A program made the position numbers and the translations under genes. Shown here piece after piece: positions 17,715 to 27,400 of a DNA stretch of 64,000 bases (positions within the stretch are counted from its first letter, which is position 1; each line of letters starts with the position of its first letter). The notes under the pieces were generated by a model. It was not told the origin of the DNA and made no database searches. It saw nothing but the letters and a program-made list of their open reading frames with translations. The DNA comes from Kiritimatiellia bacterium (lineage in GTDB: Bacteria; Verrucomicrobiota; Kiritimatiellia; RFP12; UBA1067): assembly GCA_051884875.1 (NCBI GenBank), contig JBJEWD010000007.1, positions 9,538 through 73,537 on the forward strand. The letters are read 5' to 3'.

Positions 17715-18727
17715 TCTTCATCCTCCTTCTCCTCGGCCTTGTCCGCCGCCACGGGCGCCGCCGCGCCGTTGGTGCCGAAATCAAAGGTCCTGATCCTGAG
17801 CGTCACGACGAACGGCGCTTCGAGCTGCGGATCGGTCACCAGCCCCTTGCGCGCGACCTCCTCGCCGCCCTCACCCTCGGCCGGCGGCTGCTCCTCGGTC
17901 CGGCGACCGCGCCGGCGGCCGCGCCGGGCGCCGCTTTCCTGCTCCTTCTTGCCGGCGCCCAGCATCTCGCCGAGCATATCCTTCTCGCGCACGAATGCCA
18001 GATCCTCGATGTACATGAGGTGTTCCGCCGTCGCAAAGGCGTTGAGCACCTTGACGAGGGCGAGCGGACGCGCAGTGAACCTGACCGTGTAGCCCATCGT
18101 CTCGAACGCGGGCCTGACCTCGACGGGCTGCGCCGCCTTCTTCGAGCCGAACCCCTTCTTCGGCCGTTCCGGCGGCGGGGCCGCCTTCGTCTCGACCGGC
18201 GCAACCTCAAGGGACTGCAGCTCGACGATGCCGCACGCCGCGAGGAGTTCGACCATCGCCTTGATCTCGGCCCACTGGCGCTTCAACGCGGGCAGCGTCG
18301 CCTCCGCCGGGATGTCGCCGGCGATGATGTAGCTCTTGAAACCGAAGTCGAAGCCGTCGCGGACAATCCTGCCGTCCGCCCCGCCCGGCAGCTTCTCGAG
18401 CATACGCGCGTCTTCCGCCATCGTCGCCTTGAAGGCCGTCGCGGAAGCATCCCTGTCAATCGCGATATCGCCCATCACCAGCAGGTCGTGCGTTTCGCCG
18501 CGCCAGTCGGCGAAGAGCTTCGTATTCGCCCCGATGCCGTCGAGCGACGCCTGGGTCGGCGGGATGGCCGACGACAGGATGCGATTGGCGTTGCTGCGCT
18601 CGGACGCGATGCGCTCGCGCGTCTCGCGCTGCTCCGACCACGCGGAGTAGGCCAGGCCGCCGAACACGAGAACCACCGCAAGGGCGACGCCGCCGAGGGC
18701 GGCCATGATGATCTTGTTCCTGTTCAT
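17711..18727 (-). CDS. Amuc_1100-like / PilO-like bitopic protein
   Basis: It has an N-terminal TM segment (IIMAALGGVALAVVLVFGGL), a coiled-coil region, a C-terminal alpha/beta part and a charged tail (ARRGRRRGRRTEEQPPAEGEGGEE). The block order resembles what I remember of Akkermansia Amuc_1100, and it holds the same position between the PilM-like and secretin genes. ATGA overlaps are present at both ends. Confidence 0.6.
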   Translation of the reverse strand: MNRNKIIMAALGGVALAVVLVFGGLAYSAWSEQRETRERIASERSNANRILSSAIPPTQASLDGIGANTKLFADWRGETHDLLVMGDIAIDRDASATAFKATMAEDARMLEKLPGGADGRIVRDGFDFGFKSYIIAGDIPAEATLPALKRQWAEIKAMVELLAACGIVELQSLEVAPVETKAAPPPERPKKGFGSKKAAQPVEVRPAFETMGYTVRFTARPLALVKVLNAFATAEHLMYIEDLAFVREKDMLGEMLGAGKKEQESGARRGRRRGRRTEEQPPAEGEGGEEVARKGLVTDPQLEAPFVVTLRIRTFDFGTNGAAAPVAADKAEEKEDEE

Positions 18728-20382
18728 TTGAACTTCAGCTCCACTACGAATTGTTCAACGCAGCCTTCCTTGCCGAAGGAGGTCATGTCGGTGACCTTTA
18801 CGCTGGAGGGATCGATCGGCCACTTGGCGAGGACTTCCTCGGAAAGTCCCGTCCCCTTCAGACGCTTCTCGACGATCTCGGGCGCGGTCAGCCGCTTGCC
18901 GTCTTCACCCGCCGGGAACGTCTCGACGTAGGTCGCGATGCGGTCCTTCCAGCCGCGGATCGTAATCCTGCCGTTCTGCCAGCCCTGGATCCAGAGATAG
19001 TTGCCGAGCGTCAGCCGCACGGCGTTGAAGCGATCCACCGCCCGCGAACGCCCCGCCAGCACCGGCTTCAGCCCGTCGGCCTCGGCCTGCGCGGCGGCCT
19101 CCGCCGCCTGCGCGGCCTTGATCTTCGTCTCGAACGTCTTCAGGTTCTGCGTACGGCTCTCGATCCGGGCGAGCTCTTCGGCCGCCTGATCGCGCCCCGC
19201 CGCAGCCGCCCGCCACAGGCAGACGGCGCCGAGCGCGAGCGCGAACGCGCCCACCGCGACGAACGGGATGCGGGCGGCTTCCGCGCGCGCCTCCACGAGC
19301 GACCGGGGCAGGAGGTTGATCGCCAGGGCGGCGCGGCCCGCTTCATGCAGCGCCAGACCGGCCGTCTCCGACAGGAACGCGGCGTCGGTGGCGAGCGCCT
19401 CCGCATCGACGGACGGCCCGACGCCCAGCGTATCGAACGGATTGAAGAACTCGACGTCGATCTGCAGCGAATCCCGGAAGAAGGCGTCGATCTGCGGCAG
19501 CAGCGCACTGCCGCCCGTCAGGTACAGCTTCACGGGCACGCCGCCGCCCTGCTGGCTGCGGTAGAAGTTGATGGAGCGCGAAATCTCGGCGTGGAGGCGC
19601 GTCAGCACCGCGCGGCAGACCTTCGAGATGCGATCCAGCGTCGCGTCCTCGTCTTCCGTCACGCCGCCCATCGACACGTAGGCATTCTCGCGCTTGATCT
19701 CCTCGGCCTCGTCGAGCGTGCACCCGAGCGCCTGCGCGATCTCCTTCGTGAGCGTATTGCCCGCCACGGGGATCGAACGGTTGTAGAGCTTGTCGCCCTC
19801 GGTGATGACGAGCGAGGTCGTCTTCGCCCCGATGGCGAGGATGACAACGCAGCCTTCGTCCGCCGGACGGCACGCCTTGAGCGCGTTCGTCACCGCCAGC
19901 GGCGCCACGTCGACGAGCGTCGGCTGGAAGCCGGACGCCTGCACGGCATCGGTGATCGCCTCGATCTGCTCGGTCTTCGCCGCGACGATCATGACCGACT
20001 TTTCGCCGTTCCCGGTGTCGCCGAGGACCTGACGGTCGCAGACCATCTCATCGATCGGAAAGGGGATGTTCTGCTCGATCTCGAAGCGGATCGCCTGCTC
20101 GAACTTCGCCTCGTCGTTGCCCGCGACGGCGACGGCGGCGAAGCGCGGGAAGACCATCTGGCCCGAGACGGCGATGGCGACCTTGCCGGGACGGATGCCC
20201 TTCTCGCGCACGATCTCCATGAGCGCGGGGGCGAGGATCGTCGCGGCGCTGCCGGTGTCGAGCGACGCCGCCAGCGCCGCCGTGCCGTAGTTCACGAGCG
20301 TAACCGCGTCCCCGTTGGCTTCATACTCGGCGAGCGCAATCGCGGAGGCGCCGATATTGAGGGTGAGGAATTTCTTGGCCAT
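18724..20382 (-). CDS. PilM (actin-like ATPase fold) fused to a PilN-like segment
   Basis: The N-terminal 350 aa are PilM-like (LTLNIGASAI.., ..ILAIGAKTTSLVI.., ..YLTGGSALLP). They are followed by the PilN signature INLLP (aa 355-359, nt 19306-19320), a TM segment (IPFVAVGAFALALGAVCLW) and a coiled coil. An AGGAG SD precedes the ATG at 20382. Confidence 0.85.
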   Translation of the reverse strand: MAKKFLTLNIGASAIALAEYEANGDAVTLVNYGTAALAASLDTGSAATILAPALMEIVREKGIRPGKVAIAVSGQMVFPRFAAVAVAGNDEAKFEQAIRFEIEQNIPFPIDEMVCDRQVLGDTGNGEKSVMIVAAKTEQIEAITDAVQASGFQPTLVDVAPLAVTNALKACRPADEGCVVILAIGAKTTSLVITEGDKLYNRSIPVAGNTLTKEIAQALGCTLDEAEEIKRENAYVSMGGVTEDEDATLDRISKVCRAVLTRLHAEISRSINFYRSQQGGGVPVKLYLTGGSALLPQIDAFFRDSLQIDVEFFNPFDTLGVGPSVDAEALATDAAFLSETAGLALHEAGRAALAINLLPRSLVEARAEAARIPFVAVGAFALALGAVCLWRAAAAGRDQAAEELARIESRTQNLKTFETKIKAAQAAEAAAQAEADGLKPVLAGRSRAVDRFNAVRLTLGNYLWIQGWQNGRITIRGWKDRIATYVETFPAGEDGKRLTAPEIVEKRLKGTGLSEEVLAKWPIDPSSVKVTDMTSFGKEGCVEQFVVELKFK

Positions 20383-20394
20383 GGAGAAGGCTCC

Positions 20395-21123
20395 TTACTG
20401 CGCGACGTGCTCGTAGTCGTTCGGGTTGACCATCGCCCAGATCGTCTTGGCGCGGTCGAGCAGACCCTGACGGCGCTCGATCATCGGCTCGCCGCCCTCC
20501 TTGGCGTTCATGATGTCGGGATTCTCCCAGAACTGCTTGTGCGGGGCAATGCCCTTGATCTCGCTCTCGCAGTCGCCGTAGAGCATCTCGCCCTTCGCGT
20601 TGGTGATGACGAGACCGATCGCCTTCGGCTCGCCGAAACGCTCGCGGTAGGACGGGTGCAGGCAGACGGACGCGGCGTGCGAACCCTGCGGAATGTTGGC
20701 GTAGGTCGTCGTCGCCGTGAAATACGAATACGGCGGCAGACCCTCCTTGTTGCCCTTGTTCTCCGACGCGCTCTTCGTTTCGAGCAGGACGTGCCAGGTG
20801 AACGTGAGCTGATCCTGCCACTTGGCGTACGTCGTGTACTTCGCCTCCAGGACGATCCACTGGCGCGGCTTGTTGTAGCACGCGCCGATGATGGAGTTGC
20901 CGGCGATGCTCGGCGCCGCCAGACACGACGCGCGCCCCGTCTTCGGGAACTGATCGACCGTGACCTTCGCGGCCTTGCCCGTCGTCGGCGCGTCCTCGTC
21001 CGCCGGCGCCACCGCCGCCGGCTTGCCGCGGGTGACCGTCGCACCCGAACGGCGGGTGCGGGCCTGCGCCAGCACGCTCGCCGCCGCCAGCGCCGCCACC
21101 GTGAAAACTGCAATCTTCTTCAT
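20395..21123 (-). CDS. secreted hypothetical protein, first gene of the pilus-like cluster
   Basis: It has a signal peptide (MKKIAVFTVAALAAASVLAQA). No family was recognised. It sits where I recall Amuc_1102 sitting in Akkermansia. Confidence 0.6.
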   Translation of the reverse strand: MKKIAVFTVAALAAASVLAQARTRRSGATVTRGKPAAVAPADEDAPTTGKAAKVTVDQFPKTGRASCLAAPSIAGNSIIGACYNKPRQWIVLEAKYTTYAKWQDQLTFTWHVLLETKSASENKGNKEGLPPYSYFTATTTYANIPQGSHAASVCLHPSYRERFGEPKAIGLVITNAKGEMLYGDCESEIKGIAPHKQFWENPDIMNAKEGGEPMIERRQGLLDRAKTIWAMVNPNDYEHVAQ

Positions 21124-21138
21124 CTTGGGATTCCTTTC

Positions 21139-22122
21139 TTAAAGAACTTTCATCTTGGGCAGATCCTGGATGTCCACGAGGCCGACCACCCGGCCGTCCG
21201 CATCGCACACCGGCAGATCGTCGATGCGCTTCTGTCCGAAGACCTTCAGCAGCTCGCTGGCGTAGGCGTCGCCGCGCACGAAGAGCGGCCGCTTCGTCAT
21301 CACCGTCTCCACCGCCGCGCCCAGCACGTCCGCCCGGCCCTCGGAGATGTGGCGGCGGAAATCGCCGTCGGTGAAGATGCCGACGAGGCGGCCGTCGGCC
21401 TCCGCCACCACCGCCGCGCCGCACTTCGCCCGGGTCATCGCCATCAGCGAATCCATGACCGTGGCGGTCGGGGGCACGCAGGCCATCCGCGCGCCGGTGC
21501 GCATGATGTCGGTCGCCTTCAGGACGAGCGCCCGGCCGATCGCCCCCGCCGGGTGGTTCATCGCGTAGCTCGAGACGTCGAACTGCAGCGCGTCGATCAT
21601 CACCATCGCGAGCGCATCGCCCATCGCCATCGTCGCCGTCGTCGAGTTCGTCGGCGCCATGCCGAAGGGGCAGGCCTCGCGCCCGCACGGGATCTCAAGG
21701 TGGATGTCGCTCATCGCGGCGAGCGTCGACCGGGGCCGGCCCGTCATGCCGATCACCTTCAGCCCGTGGCGGCGAATCGCCGGAATGAGGCGGAGGATCT
21801 CGTCCGACTCGCCCGAGAAGCTCAGGGCGATCAGGACGTCGCGCGGCGCGACCATGCCGAGGTCGCCGTGCATCGCCTGCACGGGGTTGAGGCAGATCGA
21901 GCGCGTCCCCGTCGAAGCGAAGATCGCGCTCATCTTCTCGGCGACGGCGAGGTTTTTGCCCACGCCCGTGACGACGATGATGCCGTCGGCCTCCACGCAC
22001 GCGCGCATGAGGCCGATGGCCGCGGTGAAGCTCTCACCCAGCGCATCGCGGGTGCGGCGGAGACCTTCGATCTCGATGTCGAAGACCTCGCGCGCCCGGA
22101 CTAGCATCTGTTCATTGGTCAT
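21139..22122 (-). CDS. kpsF: arabinose-5-phosphate isomerase (KpsF/KdsD; SIS + tandem CBS)
   Basis: SIS-domain features include ..IIVVTGVGKNLAVAEKMSAIFASTG.. and ..ALSFSGESDEI... The C-terminal CBS pair includes ..DDLPVCDADGRVVGLVDIQDL. Confidence 0.9.
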   Translation of the reverse strand: MTNEQMLVRAREVFDIEIEGLRRTRDALGESFTAAIGLMRACVEADGIIVVTGVGKNLAVAEKMSAIFASTGTRSICLNPVQAMHGDLGMVAPRDVLIALSFSGESDEILRLIPAIRRHGLKVIGMTGRPRSTLAAMSDIHLEIPCGREACPFGMAPTNSTTATMAMGDALAMVMIDALQFDVSSYAMNHPAGAIGRALVLKATDIMRTGARMACVPPTATVMDSLMAMTRAKCGAAVVAEADGRLVGIFTDGDFRRHISEGRADVLGAAVETVMTKRPLFVRGDAYASELLKVFGQKRIDDLPVCDADGRVVGLVDIQDLPKMKVL

Positions 22123-22134
22123 GGGTCTGGGTTA

Positions 22135-22164
22135 ATTCTATCGCATTGGAAGGCGGATTGTCAA
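22135..22164 (-). promoter_or_regulatory. candidate sigma70 promoter for kpsF and the downstream cluster
   Basis: The minus strand reads TTGACA-N18-TAGAAT. The -35 begins right after the pta stop, and the -10 ends 12 nt before the kpsF ATG. Confidence 0.45.
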
Positions 22165-23202
22165 TCACTTCCCCGCGCTCTGCAGCAGCGTCACGCAGAT
22201 CGTGCCGACGATATCTTCGGCCGAACACCCGCGGGAAAGGTCGTTCATCGCCTTCGCGAGCCCCTGGAGATTCGGGCCGATCGCCGTCGCGCCGCCGAGG
22301 CGCTGCGCGATCTTATAGCCGATGTTGCCCGCCTGGAGGTCGGGGAAGATGAAGACGTTGGCGTTGCCCTGGATCTCGCCGTGCGGATTCTTGAGTTCGC
22401 CGACGGAAGGGACGATGGCGGCGTCGAACTGCATTTCGCCGTCCATCCTGATGCCCGCTTCCGCGAAACGCGGACGCCCCAGCTCGACCGCCTTCTGCAC
22501 CTTCTCGACGAGGTCGCCCGCCGCGGAACCCTTGGTGGAGAAGCTCAGATACGCGACGCGCGGTTCGTTGCCCGTGAGCTCGCGGTAGGTGCGCGCGGTC
22601 GCGAGGCCGATGTCGACGAGCTGTTCGGCCGTCGGGTTGGGGATGACGGCGCAGTCGCCGAACGCGAGCACGCTGTCGCCCGCCGGGGTCGGCGTCTGCA
22701 GATCCATGATGAAGCACGAACTCGCGGTCTTGACGCCCGGCTGGGTGCCGAGCGTGTGGAACGCCGCGCGGAGCATGTCGCCCGTGGAGGCGATGGAGCC
22801 CGCGACGAGTCCGTTGACCCGGCCGAGCCGGACCATCATGCCGCCGAAGTAGATGCGCTTCGTGCGGAGCGTCTTCTGCGCCGTCGCCAGATCGATGAGC
22901 TTCCGCTTCTCGACCGGCTTCTTCGCCTCCTTGGCATTCCACGCCTCGAGGTATGCGGCCTCGAGCTCGGCGTCGCCCAGGGTGTAGTCGATGACCCGGA
23001 TGCCCTTGTCGGCGAGCTTCAGGCCCGCCGCCGTCTCGGCGTGGGCGATTTCGTCGGCCGTGCCGAGCACGACCGGCGTGCAGATCTTGCGGGTCACGCA
23101 CGCGCACGCGGCGGTGATCACGCGCGGATCCATTCCTTCGGGAAGAACCACCGTACCCTGGAGGGTCGAGGCCTTTTCAATGATAGACTTGATGGCGTTC
23201 AT
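22165..23202 (-). CDS. pta: phosphate acetyltransferase (short PTA_PTB form)
   Basis: The sequence includes ..GTVVLPEGMDPRVI.., ..GLVAGSIASTGDMLRAAF.. and ..ANVFIFPDLQAGNIGYKIAQRLGGA..; 345 aa. Confidence 0.92.
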   Translation of the reverse strand: MNAIKSIIEKASTLQGTVVLPEGMDPRVITAACACVTRKICTPVVLGTADEIAHAETAAGLKLADKGIRVIDYTLGDAELEAAYLEAWNAKEAKKPVEKRKLIDLATAQKTLRTKRIYFGGMMVRLGRVNGLVAGSIASTGDMLRAAFHTLGTQPGVKTASSCFIMDLQTPTPAGDSVLAFGDCAVIPNPTAEQLVDIGLATARTYRELTGNEPRVAYLSFSTKGSAAGDLVEKVQKAVELGRPRFAEAGIRMDGEMQFDAAIVPSVGELKNPHGEIQGNANVFIFPDLQAGNIGYKIAQRLGGATAIGPNLQGLAKAMNDLSRGCSAEDIVGTICVTLLQSAGK

Positions 23203-23263
23203 ATAGGGAAATCGACAATGGACAATGATGATGAATGGCGACTGGCGGAAGCTCCCGTCCGCT

Positions 23264-24397
23264 TCACTTCGCCAGGACGCTGACGGTGTCCTGGGCGATG
23301 GCCAGCTCTTCGTTCGTCGGGAGGATGATGACGGGAATCTTCGAATCCCGGGTGGAGATCGTCGCGACCTTGCCGCGGATCCGGTTCGCCTTCCGGTCGA
23401 GCCTGATGCCCAGGGCGCCGAGACGGCCGACGATGCGCGCGCGCACTTCGGACGAGTTCTCGCCGATGCCGCCCGTCATGATGATTGCATCCGCACCGCC
23501 GACGACGGTGTTGTAGCCGCCGATGTAGAACGCCGTGCGGTAGGCGAGCATCTCAAGGGCGAGTTCGGCCCGCTTGTCGCCCTTCTCGGCCATCGCGCAG
23601 ATGTCGCGGCAATCGGAGGAACCCGTGAGCGCCAGAAGCCCCGACTTCTTGTTGAGGAGCGTATCCGCCTCGGCCGGGGTGAGCTTCCCGGCCTCCATGA
23701 TGGAGAGAACGGCCGCCGCGTCGATGTCGCCGCAGCGCGTGCCCATGACCATGCCGGCCAGCGGGGTGAGCCCCATCGAGGTATCGACGCATTCGCCGTT
23801 CTTCACGGCGGCGAGCGACGAACCGTTGCCCATGTGGCAGGTGATGAGGTTGACCTTCCCGCGCGGCTTCTTCAGGAGTTTCGCCGCCTCCTGCGTGATG
23901 AACTTGTGCGAGGTGCCGTGGAAGCCGTACTTGCGGATGCCCATCGTCCTGTAGTACTTGGGGTCGATCGCGTACATCGCCGCGCAGTCGGGCATCGTCT
24001 GGTGGAAGGCGGTGTCGAAGACCGCGACGTTGGGGACGCCCCGGAAGATCTTCTCGCAGGCCGTGATGCCGCCGAGGTTGGCGGGCATGTGCAGCGGCCC
24101 GAACCGCACGAGCTTCTCCAGCTTCTTCATGACCGCCGCCGTCACCTTCACGGAGTCCTTGAAGACCTCCGCGCCGTGCAGCACGCGGTGACCGATGGCG
24201 TCGACGTCCTTCGCGGCCTCGCCCAGATCGGCGACGACCCGGTCGAGCGCGGCGGTGTGGTCCTTCGGCCCCCCGCAGCCGATGCGCTCGACGAGACCCT
24301 TGGCGATGCGCTCGCCCTTCTGCATATCGAACAACTGGTACTTGAGCGAACTCGAACCCGAGTTGATGACGAGAACTTTCCTGATTTCCTTCTTCAT
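23264..24397 (-). CDS. ackA: acetate kinase
   Basis: The sequence is MKKEIRKVLVINSGSSSLKYQLFDM..GHRVLHG..FDTAFHQTMP..YGFHGTSH..ITCHMGNGSSL..GGIGENS. I chose the ATG at 24397, which is preceded by GGAAGGA. Confidence 0.95.
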   Translation of the reverse strand: MKKEIRKVLVINSGSSSLKYQLFDMQKGERIAKGLVERIGCGGPKDHTAALDRVVADLGEAAKDVDAIGHRVLHGAEVFKDSVKVTAAVMKKLEKLVRFGPLHMPANLGGITACEKIFRGVPNVAVFDTAFHQTMPDCAAMYAIDPKYYRTMGIRKYGFHGTSHKFITQEAAKLLKKPRGKVNLITCHMGNGSSLAAVKNGECVDTSMGLTPLAGMVMGTRCGDIDAAAVLSIMEAGKLTPAEADTLLNKKSGLLALTGSSDCRDICAMAEKGDKRAELALEMLAYRTAFYIGGYNTVVGGADAIIMTGGIGENSSEVRARIVGRLGALGIRLDRKANRIRGKVATISTRDSKIPVIILPTNEELAIAQDTVSVLAK

Positions 24398-24412
24398 CCG
24401 ATTTTTCCTTCC

Positions 24413-24436
24413 GGCCGTCCGGTCGCCCGGACGGCG
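24413..24436 (-). terminator. GC hairpin between giant gene A and ackA (possible attenuator or terminator without a U tract)
   Basis: The stem is gccgtccgg/ccggacggc (9 bp) with loop tcgc, in the 49-nt gap. On the minus strand it is followed by GGAAGGAAAAA (the ackA SD), not a U run. Confidence 0.25.
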
Positions 24437-24446
24437 CCTGACCTTG

Positions 24447-27400
24447 TTATTCACCGACCTTCTCGACCACGACCTTGAAGAAGGCGCTGTCGCCGGCGAC
24501 GCCGTCGAGCGAAACGCTCACGGCCTCGCCGCCCACGGAGACCTTCGTCGTGCCCAGTTCCGTCCACTCCGTCTGATCGAGCGACGTCTTGTAGCAGACG
24601 GTGCAGTTGACCTCCGAGACGATGTCGTAGACCCCGAGGCCGTCGGCCGCAGTCTCGGACTGGGCGCTGACCTTCAGCGTCAGCCGGCCGTCCTCCAGCG
24701 CGATGCCGGTGATGTCCAGCGCGGCGACCTCGCCCTCGACGATGATGGAACCCGTCGAGGAGACGCTGAGGCTTGCCACGGGGACGTCCATGACGAGCGC
24801 CGCCACGTCCAGCGAGCCGAAGCAGCGGTTGAGGTAGGCGCGCATCGCCTCGGCCATCGGACCCGACGCCGACGCGACGCTGCCGAAAGACGTCGCGACC
24901 GGATACATCGTCACGAGCGTATCGTCCAGATTCTCCGCGCCGTTGCTCAGCGTGCCGCCGTTCTTGACGATCTCCCAGGTGTCCGGCACCGCATTGCCGT
25001 TCGTGTCGACGTCCTCGATGTAGACCTCGACCGTCTTGAACTCGCCGGTCACGTTCTCCACCTCCACCGCCGTCGCGACGTACGGCAGGTCGAGATCCCG
25101 CTCGCGCGGGCACGCATAGCCCCAGGCCTCCCAGCTGTCACGCACGCGCGACGTGCCGTACTTCGTCAGATCCACGTAGGCGCGGACGTAGTAGGTGCCC
25201 GGCGCGAGACCGATCAGCGTCGCGTTCGCCGCATGCACCGCATTGGTCCGGCCCACGGAGGAGACGTCCGCCACCGTCGTACGCGCCGCCGGCGTGCCGC
25301 TGAAGTCGGGCGAGACGAACGCCTCGACGCAGATGTCCGCCTCCGTGACGGTCGGGCCGAAATAGCGCACGCAGACCGGAATCGCCCCGTAGCCGAAGCC
25401 GGAGGTCGGCGTATTCATGCGGAAGACCAGGCTCTCCTGCGACCACAGCGGGGTCTGGAACTTCGCGTTGTACATCGCAACCCGCCACGTGTAGTTCTTC
25501 TCGTTCTCGAGTTCGTCGCCCACGAAGGCATCCGCCTCGAAGGTGTAGACGCCCGCGTCGTTCCGCGCCGGCGCGCGCCGCGTGCCCGAATCCCATACGA
25601 CCGTGGCGCCGTCCAGAACCTGGACCTGGAACGCCGTATACGAGGTGGCGCCGTTCTCCATCTTCCAGGTGAAGGTCGGATGCGAACCGTAGATGACGGA
25701 TCCTTCGCTGCCCGACGAGGCGCTGCCCGGGGTGAGGGCGATCGGGCGGTTGCGCAGCGACTTGGCGTCGAAATGGCGCACCGTGCAGAGCGAGAACAGG
25801 TTGTTGGTGTCGGCCGTGCTGATCGAACCGTTGCCCAGCACGATGCGGTAGGTGATGTTCGTCGGATCCATCTTGGCCGCGCTCATCACCTTCGCGACCT
25901 CGTCAAAGGTCGACCAGTCGATGTCGAACTCGCCCGACAGAAGGACGTCGCCTTCGAAGAAGAAGGAGCGCTGATCGAGTTCCACCCAGCGGTCGACGAG
26001 AACGCGGTTGAGCGCCGAATCCTCGCCCGAGATCTCATTCACGCCCCAGCCGTTGATGAGCGTGCGCACGACACGCAGACGCTGGTAGTTGCCGCCCGAG
26101 AGCTCGCCTTCGATCAGGTTGTAGTAGTCACCGTCGTCCGTGCCGTAGTTCTCCTTGCGGTCGGAGGTGCCGGTGAGGAGATCGGCGCGCGTGATGATCG
26201 GCGAGGTGTCGGTCAGCTCGATCTCCGCCGCGGCCCGGTTCCAGCCGACGTCCACGCCCACCGCGCAGCCCATCGGCTCGCCGGCGGTGTACTTGCCGTT
26301 GCCGTCGAGGTCGTAGAACGCCACGATCATGTTCTTCCCTTCCTTGACGTAGCCCGTCTGGGCTTCGCCGAGGTAGAGGTCGAGCTTGTTCGACTGGAGC
26401 TTCGGCACCACGGAGTCGTAGGTGATGCGCAGGACCGACTGCGCCAGGCTGACCGACGCCGACGTGTTCGTCGCGGCGATATCCTTAAGCGGCTCCAGAT
26501 TCATCCGGAAGGAACCCGTCATCAGGTTGATCGTACCGATGCGCTCGCCGAAGCGGCAGATATAGCCATTCTGGCCCGATTCATCCTGCGTGACCGTGAT
26601 GGCCGCCGCATCGGTGAAGGTGTTCCACGCGAACTCGCTGCTCTGGAGTTCGACATACGTGGGGCCGAACATGTCGAGGAAGCCCATGTAGTCCTCGTAG
26701 GAGCCGCGATACAGGCCCGCCGGATAGGCGGCCGCGTATTCGGGACTCAGCGGCGTCAGGTCGTTGATCCGGAAGGTATAGTTGTCATTGCGATCGACCA
26801 TGGCGTATTCGAGTGTGAACGAACCCGCATTGACGTAGCCCGGCGTCAGCGTGCCGCTCACGACGCGATCGGACCACGCGCCCAGATGGACGGTGTTCTG
26901 CGTCGCCTCGCCCGGCTGAATGTTGTAGACCGCATCCGCCACCACCGCATCCGGGCGCGTGTACGTCTGCACCACGATCGGCGCGAGCGTATTCGCATCC
27001 TCCGTGCCGCTGTTGCCGCCGCCGTTATCGGTGCTGCCGCCCGCGAGCAGCTGCGAGCCGTTGTAGCGCAGACGGAGATTGAGCGTCGGAATCGGGAGGT
27101 CCTTGATCTCCGTATCGCCCACGACGTGGGAGGCGTAGTTGGCCATGATGTTCGCGGAGAAGTCATTGTAGCTCGCTTCCGCGAAGTTGCTCCAGCCGTC
27201 CTCGTCTGCATCCTGCTCCCGGTCCCAGGCGAAGCGGCTGGCGTAGCTCGCGCCCCAGCTGTCCTCCAGCGTGTCGCGCATCATGTCATGGTCGGTGAAG
27301 ATCTCACCAACGTAGAGCTGGCCAATCTTGAAGAAGTAGTCGAGTTCGTTCGGATTGGCGCTGTACGCGTCGAGCGGATCGAACGGCACGCCGGCGTCGA

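Noticed and set aside
8214-22104. Long plus-strand ORFs 8214-10868 (884 aa), 14018-16666 (882 aa) and 18751-22104 (1,117 aa). The same applies to 50423-52942, 52999-55173, 57834-59792, 36992-39718 and the others antisense to giant gene B.
   Set aside because: All are antisense to genes with unmistakable homology or motifs (uvrA, the secretin, pilM/kpsF, GHL10/trmD, comEC and others). They show the Arg/Ala/Gly/Asp composition typical of GC-rich shadow frames, and several span multiple real genes.
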